DNA of 20,000 bases from an uncultured virus (IMG/VR IMGVR_UViG_3300018475_001895) (taxonomy: Duplodnaviria; Heunggongvirae; Uroviricota; Caudoviricetes), in IMG/VR virus record IMGVR_UViG_3300018475_001895. One strand, written 5' to 3'. Position 1 is the first letter of the stretch, and each line of letters opens with the position of its first letter. A program made the position numbers and the translations under genes. The notes under the pieces were generated by a model that saw only the letters and a list, made by a program, of their open reading frames with translations, ran no database searches and was not told the DNA's origin. Of the stretch, positions 8,547 to 15,235 are shown in pieces.

Positions 8547-9263
8547 ATGCCTACTCTGAAAGAAAACGGAATTCCTAAGAAAGTCCCTCTTCTCATTAAA
8601 CCTGAAAACATCACGTTTTATGACATTGAGATCAATGATGCGTTCGATTACGGCGCTCTGACACCTGAAGAGGTAACAGAGATTCAGCAGGCTAATGCAG
8701 ACTTTGAAGCCAAGGTTCTGCAGCCTGAGCTGATGGGACGTGCACATCCCTGTGTTTGTATGCAGGAAAAGATCATGGAGCGTGCAATTACCCGTATGAA
8801 GCTGACTAACCAGCAGCCTGTAAATGGTCAGATCCCTGTTGAACTGACTCAGGAAGATATCGATATGAAGCAGTTTGGTGTTGTTGTCAATACTGCTAAT
8901 GGTCGATATGATGGGATCCTGGCCATTCTGTCCCGCTGTAAGGGTTGCAGTGATATTCGCATTTGGGGCACTATTGAGCCTCTGACCGCTATGGTTGCTA
9001 TGGCATATAACGACTATATGAATCGCCAGCCCCAGCGTGTTGCTGTTCAGCAAGCTCTTGACGAGCGTGAGCAGAGTGATATCGCACCTGATGGTGATGA
9101 TACTGCTCCTGTTGTCGAACCCAATACCGCTGCTGATGGTCCTATGTTCATGCTGGAAAATACCGAGACTGGAGAGAAGCATGCTGCAGATAATCTCAGC
9201 GAGGCTCTGTTTGGCGGCGGTAACAGCGAGTTCAAGATGACTGAAGCAAACGGCAAGGAGTAA
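8547..9263 (+). CDS. Hypothetical protein, possibly Zn-binding (HPCVC...CKGC), acidic tail
   Basis: AAGGAGG RBS, CTG/CAG-rich codon bias, followed by a terminator. Confidence 0.8.
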   Translation: MPTLKENGIPKKVPLLIKPENITFYDIEINDAFDYGALTPEEVTEIQQANADFEAKVLQPELMGRAHPCVCMQEKIMERAITRMKLTNQQPVNGQIPVELTQEDIDMKQFGVVVNTANGRYDGILAILSRCKGCSDIRIWGTIEPLTAMVAMAYNDYMNRQPQRVAVQQALDEREQSDIAPDGDDTAPVVEPNTAADGPMFMLENTETGEKHAADNLSEALFGGGNSEFKMTEANGKE

Positions 9264-9276
9264 GTCCCGTTGAGTG

Positions 9277-9324
9277 AAAGAAGATATGGATGGGACGTCA
9301 TTGGTCCCATCCATATTCTTTTTT
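9277..9324. terminator. Bidirectional Rho-independent terminator between convergent genes
   Basis: ATATGGATGGGAC-7nt-GTCCCATCCATAT perfect 13-bp stem flanked by AAAGAAG and TCTTTTTT. Confidence 0.85.
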
Positions 9325-9757
9325 ATTCATTGACGTCATTTCCGACTCTTCGGATATATCTATTCCAGTTGGTTTGAAGTCGTGTAGCAGATTTTGTTAC
9401 AATCGTATCATATACATTATTCAGATACTCAACTGGAATAAGTCTCACTGTCTGTTTTATATAGAACTTCGAGGCACATTCTCGGTCATTAAGCATCATA
9501 ACCATCCATCCAAGACTTGGCGTGCCGTATACATCAAGACTAAGAAGATACGGTTTGAATCGATAATATTGCCTCTCTGCATCGCTCACTTTATATGTGG
9601 CGACATAAGGGCGAATATATCGCATATAGATTTCAAATAGATTTTTATCCGGAATGATTAATGTCTTATCATCTGTTTGGGTAAAAAATGTAATTTTGTT
9701 GATATCATATCGGTCTTCTCGATTAATGATATCATCCAGCGTTTTGATTACTGCCAC
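9323..9757 (-). CDS. Putative baseplate wedge protein (T4 gp53/LysM-like)
   Basis: YRFKPYLLSLDVYGTPSLGWMVMMLN resembles the RPD.lS..lYG....wW.l...N pattern; GTG start at 9757 follows GAGGAGGAG. Confidence 0.6.
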   Translation of the reverse strand: MAVIKTLDDIINREDRYDINKITFFTQTDDKTLIIPDKNLFEIYMRYIRPYVATYKVSDAERQYYRFKPYLLSLDVYGTPSLGWMVMMLNDRECASKFYIKQTVRLIPVEYLNNVYDTIVTKSATRLQTNWNRYIRRVGNDVNE

Positions 9758-10142
9758 CAGTTTTCTCCTCCTCTTCTTTTTTATCATTCAGAAAAACGAG
9801 ATACCCTTCCTCAACTTTACCTGTTGGATAGTATAACATAAATTCTGCACCTTTCTTGAAACGAACAGGCGCAAAAGTTCCATGCATGATAGGAAGGGTA
9901 AGATAATGTACAGATTTGATGATATCCTGTGTGACAGGATAGTTGGTATTCATAAAGTACCCAGACTGTACTACAATATTTGTGTAGCTATCATCCTGCG
10001 GCGTAGTCGGAAGATACTCCGGTACATTTACTTGTACGTAGTTATCGACTCTCCGCGTTACATCTATATAGTCCCTTGCGGCATACACTTTCATTTGACC
10101 TCTAATTGTACTGGTGATGTTATTACCTACACCAGAGCCCAT
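9732..10142 (-). CDS. Hypothetical, probably virion/baseplate-associated protein
   Basis: AAGGAGGTG RBS before ATG 10142; beta-rich; overlaps the gp53-like gene by 26 nt; function inferred from context only. Confidence 0.65.
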   Translation of the reverse strand: MGSGVGNNITSTIRGQMKVYAARDYIDVTRRVDNYVQVNVPEYLPTTPQDDSYTNIVVQSGYFMNTNYPVTQDIIKSVHYLTLPIMHGTFAPVRFKKGAEFMLYYPTGKVEEGYLVFLNDKKEEEEKTGGSNQNAG

Positions 10143-10165
10143 AAATAACACCTCCTTGGTGATTT

Positions 10166-10177
10166 TATAGGGTTGTC
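10166..10177 (-). promoter_or_regulatory. Putative GACA-N6-TA promoter variant for the reverse-strand pair
   Basis: Minus strand GACA-ACCCTA-TA just upstream of the RBS; the overlapping TTGACA has no spaced -10. Confidence 0.4.
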
Positions 10178-10205
10178 AAACCAAATCTAACAGGAAGCGA
10201 GTTGA

Positions 10206-11594
10206 ATGAATTCTGTGAGTTATATTAAGAGATATGATACAAAGGATAAGAAGGTTAGTTCGCTTCTTGTTGGTAATAAAGCAAAAATTAAAAAGAGTGA
10301 GCTAACAGAAAGTCAGAAAGCTGCTGATGAGGTCTTTAATAATTGGTGGTTTCATAAAAATAAAGAACGAAAACAGATCCTTAGAATTGGAGGCCCTGGT
10401 GGCTCAGGTAAAAGCTATTTGGTTCGATATATCATCGAGCATTATGGTTTTAATGAATCGAATTGTTATGTTATGGCATATACAGGTCAAGCCACGAATG
10501 TTTTGAGACAATCTGGTATTATGGCAAGAACGATTCATTCTTCCATCATGATACCACGTGATGAACCTGTTCTTGATAAAAACACACATAAACCTATCTA
10601 TCGAAATGGTATCCCTCTTACTACTGTAAAGTTTAAACCTTTAAAGAAGCTTCCAAAAGGCATTAAACTCCTAATTGTAGATGAGGCATCTTTTCTACCT
10701 CTCGACATGGAGAATACGCTGAAAAGTTTTGGTATTCCTATTTTAGAGATTGGAGACCCTATTCAGCTTCCTCCAGTTAGTCGTGATGCTCAACCGTTTC
10801 ATTTACGGAATTTGGATTACATTATGACTGGCTCTATGCGACAGAAAGCTGGCAGTGAGCTCCTTGATTTCTGTACCAGATTTCGTAGATTAGAAAATAT
10901 TGATACCCGGCAATATCATGATGATGTCTTATTTCTATATGCACAGCCTACTTTAGAAGAAACATTCTGGAAGTTCTATCCATTTTTTAAGAGTGCAAAT
11001 GTGATTGTTACGGCTGATAATAAACAGCGTCAGGTTTATAATGATCTTTATCGGGAGCATATTCTAAAAACAAATTCCCCATTCCCGATTGAAGGTGAAC
11101 GAATGATCTGCAGACGCAACAACCATGCGATGTCTCTCGGACAGTATACTCTTGTGAATGGTACGCAAGGTATCTGTATGCGGGATGTAGGACGGTCTAT
11201 GGTAGACAAGGGTTCTCATGTATTTTATATGGATTTTCAGCCATTTACCTCTACAGATCCTGAGGAGTATTATGGGGATTTAATGTGTGACACAGACTTC
11301 TTACATAGACCTTATGGTGTGGATATGTTCAATCAATATAAACCCGGTGAGAAGTTTGAATATGCCCATGCTATTACAACACATCTGATGCAGGGTGCGC
11401 AAGAAGATACGGTTATGTTCATGGATACGTTTAAAGGAGATCAGGAGTATCTTTGGCGTCTACGATATACTGCTGCAACCCGTGCAAAGAAGCGACTCAT
11501 TTATGTCATTCCATATAGCCATAAACCCGGATGGAGTGATATCCGTTTTATGGAAGACTCTCTTGGTAGTGTGCTTGGAGATCTTGTTCGATAA
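10206..11594 (+). CDS. SF1B Dda/RecD-like DNA helicase
   Basis: GGPGGSGKS, AYTGQA, TIHS, VDEAS, GDPIQLPPV, MRQ, YAHAITTHLMQG, YTAATRAK motifs. Confidence 0.92.
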   Translation: MNSVSYIKRYDTKDKKVSSLLVGNKAKIKKSELTESQKAADEVFNNWWFHKNKERKQILRIGGPGGSGKSYLVRYIIEHYGFNESNCYVMAYTGQATNVLRQSGIMARTIHSSIMIPRDEPVLDKNTHKPIYRNGIPLTTVKFKPLKKLPKGIKLLIVDEASFLPLDMENTLKSFGIPILEIGDPIQLPPVSRDAQPFHLRNLDYIMTGSMRQKAGSELLDFCTRFRRLENIDTRQYHDDVLFLYAQPTLEETFWKFYPFFKSANVIVTADNKQRQVYNDLYREHILKTNSPFPIEGERMICRRNNHAMSLGQYTLVNGTQGICMRDVGRSMVDKGSHVFYMDFQPFTSTDPEEYYGDLMCDTDFLHRPYGVDMFNQYKPGEKFEYAHAITTHLMQGAQEDTVMFMDTFKGDQEYLWRLRYTAATRAKKRLIYVIPYSHKPGWSDIRFMEDSLGSVLGDLVR

Positions 11595-11613
11595 TGAAAG
11601 GAGAATTATATCA

Positions 11614-12123
11614 ATGAGTGGTGTAGCAATAATCGTTCATCATGATGATGGTAAAGAAAAGTGGCAATCCCATGAGGTATATCTTAAATATCCTATCACT
11701 TATGAGGGCTTTGAATTCAGTCAACGTGGATATGGATCTACATTGGAAGAAGCATATCAGGACTTCATTGCTAAGTACAATAATGCAATGAAAAATCTGG
11801 AAGCACAGAGTCATATGATTCTTGAGACCGATGCTCTTGAGATATTGGAAGTTGATTGTTTCGGTGACCCTATATTCCGGCTGAATAAAAAGATGTATGG
11901 GAAACTTTATCAAATCGGTGAGTTGCATACCAAAGTTTTATATGCAATGTATCTTGAGGTTGGTTCAGCAACACGTTCTGGTGATGTAAATGTTGTACGA
12001 GATGTTCTGAACAGAATTGAGAATGATAAGTTTTATTTTGCAGATCGATCTGAACCTTTGTATGCCAAGGACTATGGTAAGACGTGGCATGCATATAAAT
12101 CAGAGGGAACCATCTATAACTAA
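11614..12123 (+). CDS. Hypothetical phage protein
   Basis: AAGGAG RBS before ATG 11614 (MSGVAIIVHHDDGKEKWQSHEV); the longer 11395 start overlaps the helicase. Confidence 0.75.
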   Translation: MSGVAIIVHHDDGKEKWQSHEVYLKYPITYEGFEFSQRGYGSTLEEAYQDFIAKYNNAMKNLEAQSHMILETDALEILEVDCFGDPIFRLNKKMYGKLYQIGELHTKVLYAMYLEVGSATRSGDVNVVRDVLNRIENDKFYFADRSEPLYAKDYGKTWHAYKSEGTIYN

Positions 12124-12141
12124 CATTGGAGGTATATCATT

Positions 12142-12669
12142 ATGAGTAACCGACTCTCTAAGCCTTTATATTATCTCAGCATTGCTCAGTCTGTAGCATC
12201 AAGAAGTACCTGTATTAATAAGAAATGGGGAGCTGTTATTGTAAAAGGAGATGAAATTATCTCTACTGGATATAATGGGGCTCCTCGTGGTCGTAAGAAC
12301 TGCATTGATATTGGATCTTGTTATCGGTTGGTGAACAATATCCCCCGTGGGACTCAGTATGAATCCTGTAGATCCCTTCATAGTGAGGCCAATGCAATTA
12401 TCTCTGCGGCTAGAAAAGATATGATCAATGGTACTATGTATTTGTATGGTTGGGATGTTGTGAATCAATGTCTTGTAGAACATGCAGACAGTTGCATGAT
12501 GTGTAAACGGATGATTATTAATGCTGGTATCATTGAAGTTGTCGTAGCAGATGTCAATGGTATTGCTAAAGATCCTGAAGTAGGCTATGGTTATCGCATT
12601 ATCAAAGTCTCTGATTGGGTAAAAGATGATGATCTGAAGACTGTCAATGAGGGTAAGGCTGGGTATTAA
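12142..12669 (+). CDS. dCMP deaminase (ComEB-like)
   Basis: RSTC, STGYNGAPRG, HSEANAI, CMMCKRMIINAGI Zn-deaminase motifs. Confidence 0.93.
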   Translation: MSNRLSKPLYYLSIAQSVASRSTCINKKWGAVIVKGDEIISTGYNGAPRGRKNCIDIGSCYRLVNNIPRGTQYESCRSLHSEANAIISAARKDMINGTMYLYGWDVVNQCLVEHADSCMMCKRMIINAGIIEVVVADVNGIAKDPEVGYGYRIIKVSDWVKDDDLKTVNEGKAGY

Positions 12670-12676
12670 AGGCCAC

Positions 12677-12688
12677 AACATCACTATA
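12677..12688 (+). promoter_or_regulatory. Putative AACA-N6-TA promoter
   Basis: AACA-TCACTA-TA in the 44-nt gap upstream of the AAGGTGG RBS. Confidence 0.5.
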
Positions 12689-12713
12689 AACTGATAAGAA
12701 AGGTGGTACATCC

Positions 12714-13292
12714 ATGCCTAGTGTTGCCGATTTTTTGCTCAAGCGTGTACAGGAAAATGGCTGGTTTTCTGTTGGCAGCCTTTATTTTGATAACTGCTAT
12801 ACCCTTCAGCCTTTTGAAATTGATGGGCGCATTTGTCTCTCCCCGAGCGCTGAGCTGATTATTGCAATCAATAACTATGACGCGATTGATTCTGCAACGC
12901 TGGATGACTATCTGGTGCACGATGAGCGGCGCATTGGATACCAGCAGAATATCGCTATTTTCGGTTTCGAACATCTTCAGCATTTTGCTGTCAATCTTTT
13001 CAATTTGACGCATGTATATCCCAGCAAGGTTGAAGAGTTTCCTCTTCCTGCTATTCCCACTCCAGATGTAATCAACGGTATTACTTTGGATCCTGAAACC
13101 GGTTTGGCTGCAGATCAATCTGTTGCTCGTAAGATCACACGTAAGGAGATTGCCACTATGGATTTGTTTCCAGATCTGGAGATCTCTGATGCATCTGGTG
13201 CACGTATTAAGAAGTTGCAAGACTTCTATGCGAACCAGAAACAGTTCGCAGAAGCTATGAATAAGTTCCTCGGACTTTCGGACTGTATTTAA
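12714..13292 (+). CDS. Hypothetical protein
   Basis: 192-aa ORF with RBS, same orientation as neighbours. Confidence 0.75.
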   Translation: MPSVADFLLKRVQENGWFSVGSLYFDNCYTLQPFEIDGRICLSPSAELIIAINNYDAIDSATLDDYLVHDERRIGYQQNIAIFGFEHLQHFAVNLFNLTHVYPSKVEEFPLPAIPTPDVINGITLDPETGLAADQSVARKITRKEIATMDLFPDLEISDASGARIKKLQDFYANQKQFAEAMNKFLGLSDCI

Positions 13293-13305
13293 TGATCTGC
13301 GACCT

Positions 13306-13317
13306 AACAGAATAATA
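13306..13317 (+). promoter_or_regulatory. Putative AACA-N6-TA promoter ahead of the structured RNA
   Basis: AACA-GAATAA-TA immediately before hairpin 1. Confidence 0.5.
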
Positions 13318-13324
13318 ACCCTTT

Positions 13325-13464
13325 GGTCGTAGTATGCATTAGGAGTTCGAATTCCAAATACATACTATAGACTTGAACAACGGGGTGTCAGTGGTAATAC
13401 ACTGCGCCCCGTAGTTTACCTTTCTCATTCAGGAAAGGGTGTTAGTGTTGGCGCCAGCATTAAC
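13325..13464 (+). ncRNA. Unclassified structured RNA or 5' leader with four tandem hairpins
   Basis: Hairpins at 13325-13373, 13380-13412, 13419-13438 and 13441-13464, several with G-U pairs favouring + strand RNA. Confidence 0.6.
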
Positions 13465-13498
13465 GAGAAAATCTATTATATCAAGGAGGAATCCGACC

Positions 13499-14143
13499 AT
13501 GAGCAAGAAAAAGAAGAACAAGAAGAATTCTTGGAAGTATTTCGATGGGGGATACGACAAGAAGAAGTCTGGCAAGAAGGGCAAGAAGAATAAGCGTTCC
13601 GTTTATGATAAGCCCAAGATGAAGACCGTTAAGCCGACTCTGTCCAAGAAGGACGCAAAGGCTAATAAGAAGGTCGTTCTGTCTCCTGTGGAAGTCCCCA
13701 AGGAGTTCAGAAAGAATCGCCTGAAGTGCAACCATGCTGTGCGCATGATTACCCCTGAGGCATACCGCAACATGACTCCTACCTATGCGGCTTACACTCC
13801 GGCGCTGGAGCGTGTGGTCGAGAAGTATGGTGAGGATCATGTCCATGTCTGCAAGGACTGCTATGATGTTCTGGTTGATCGCAATCTGATCACTTCCGAT
13901 GAAGTCTATGATGCCATGACCACTCTGTATGTGGCTTGCAATGTTGCTGTTGCCAATAAGCGTCTGAAGGAAGATGAGGTTAAGGCTATTGCAAAGCTGA
14001 AAGATGTCGTCGAAGACTTCCGTCCTGTTCTGGACATCCTGGAGAAGATCGAAGAGGAAGGAACTGAGTCTGCTCAGCCTACCAATACCGCGAGCCTGAA
14101 TGCCAATAGCGGCGCTGTATTTGTAGATCCCAGTGATGACTGA
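13499..14143 (+). CDS. Lys-rich N-terminal, CxH...CxxC-containing putative nucleic-acid-binding protein
   Basis: AAGGAGG RBS before ATG 13499; MSKKKKNKKN...; CNH...HVCKDC; acidic tail; AAG/CTG codon bias. Confidence 0.8.
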   Translation: MSKKKKNKKNSWKYFDGGYDKKKSGKKGKKNKRSVYDKPKMKTVKPTLSKKDAKANKKVVLSPVEVPKEFRKNRLKCNHAVRMITPEAYRNMTPTYAAYTPALERVVEKYGEDHVHVCKDCYDVLVDRNLITSDEVYDAMTTLYVACNVAVANKRLKEDEVKAIAKLKDVVEDFRPVLDILEKIEEEGTESAQPTNTASLNANSGAVFVDPSDD

Positions 14144-14166
14144 TAATAGTCACTCAGTGCTACAAT

Positions 14167-14212
14167 AAAGAGGGACGAGCGGGTATAATCCCGCTCGTTT
14201 CTTTTTCTTTTA
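14167..14212 (+). terminator. Rho-independent terminator
   Basis: ACGAGCGGG-TATAAT-CCCGCTCGT stem followed by a long U tract. Confidence 0.9.
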
Positions 14213-14275
14213 TTTTTGTATATGTTAAGTAGCGAGTAGGTATTCGCATATTACTTATAATTTGATTGTGTTACA

Positions 14276-14287
14276 AACACAGTTATA
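14276..14287 (+). promoter_or_regulatory. Putative AACA-N6-TA promoter
   Basis: AACA-CAGTTA-TA downstream of the terminator, upstream of the HNH-gyrB operon. Confidence 0.45.
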
Positions 14288-14312
14288 CAAATGAGCCGAA
14301 GAATCCGGTTTA

Positions 14313-14342
14313 TTGACTGTATCTCTCGGAATATATATTATA
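14313..14342 (+). promoter_or_regulatory. Early-type promoter copy 2 overlapping a sigma-A-like promoter
   Basis: CTCTCGGAATATATATTATA (14323-14342, 18/20 to copy 1); also TTGACT-17bp-TATTAT (14313-14341). Confidence 0.6.
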
Positions 14343-14386
14343 GTATAGAGAAAAGAAAAGAAATTTCGAGAGGATGTGAATTATAG

Positions 14387-15235
14387 ATGAGCAAAAGAGT
14401 TATTAGAAAGTTTGATCCTAAAAAGATAAAGGGTGAAAGATGGGGCAAACTAGAAGTTGTTCGATTTGATCATGATGAGATCAAGCATGGAAAATACGGC
14501 AAATATAAAGTGCATTATGTATTGTTCCATTGCGAGTGTGGAAAAGAAAAGATACTCGATTATTATTCAGTCGCATCAAATACCAGAGGTGCGGTGAGAA
14601 GTTGTGGGTGTGCGTATTATGATAAAATGAAAGATGTGCGTAAATATCCAGATAGTATGCGAAATTCACCACTCTATAATGTATACCATAATATGGTACA
14701 TCGGTGTTATGATATTAAAGACAAAGATTATCATAAATATGGTGCGCGTGGTATTTATGTGTGTGATGACTGGATAAAACCTGACAAAGTTCAAGGTTAT
14801 ATGAACTTTTATAATTGGGCGATTAATAGTGGATATGCCGGATATGAACCCGGTACGCCACGTAAAAATAGACCTACGTTAGATCGTATTGACAATAATG
14901 GTCCGTATGCTCCGTGGAATTGTAGATGGACTACCTATATAGAGCAAGCTAATAATAGACGGAGTGCAAGATATATAACAGATCTTGATGGTGAAGTTCT
15001 TACTTGGGCAGAATTCGATAGGAAGCATAATCTTCCATATAGAACCACAAAACAGCGAAAGCATCTGTATAAAGGTCAATGTTGGTCCGATGATGCTGTA
15101 CTATATGCATCATATTACCAAGATAGAGGAATTCGCAAGAAGGTACGTACTGGTGAATTTATTGATAAAGATGGATTCAAAGTATTAATACCTACAAAAG
15201 AAACTTTAAGGAGGATTTTAAAGTATGGCTCGTGA
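14387..15235 (+). CDS. Free-standing HNH-family homing endonuclease
   Basis: GERWGKLEVV, CECG, SCGC, YHNMVHRCY, YGARGIYVCDDW, LDRIDNNGPYAPWNCRW...QANN; AAA-rich codons; overlaps gyrB by 11 nt. Confidence 0.88.
   Translation: MSKRVIRKFDPKKIKGERWGKLEVVRFDHDEIKHGKYGKYKVHYVLFHCECGKEKILDYYSVASNTRGAVRSCGCAYYDKMKDVRKYPDSMRNSPLYNVYHNMVHRCYDIKDKDYHKYGARGIYVCDDWIKPDKVQGYMNFYNWAINSGYAGYEPGTPRKNRPTLDRIDNNGPYAPWNCRWTTYIEQANNRRSARYITDLDGEVLTWAEFDRKHNLPYRTTKQRKHLYKGQCWSDDAVLYASYYQDRGIRKKVRTGEFIDKDGFKVLIPTKETLRRILKYGS

Noticed and set aside
11395..11613. N-terminal extension of ORF 11395..12123
   Set aside because: Overlaps the helicase C-terminal motifs by ~200 nt; a good RBS precedes ATG 11614
13341..13356. 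GGAGTTCGAATTCC resembles a tRNA T-arm
   Set aside because: No canonical G-C closed 5-bp T stem, cloverleaf or acceptor stem; it folds as the tip of a long hairpin
14226..14257. Small hairpin TAAGTA-GCGAGT/ATTCGC-TACTTA after the terminator
   Set aside because: Weak and AT-rich; no evidence of transcription or function
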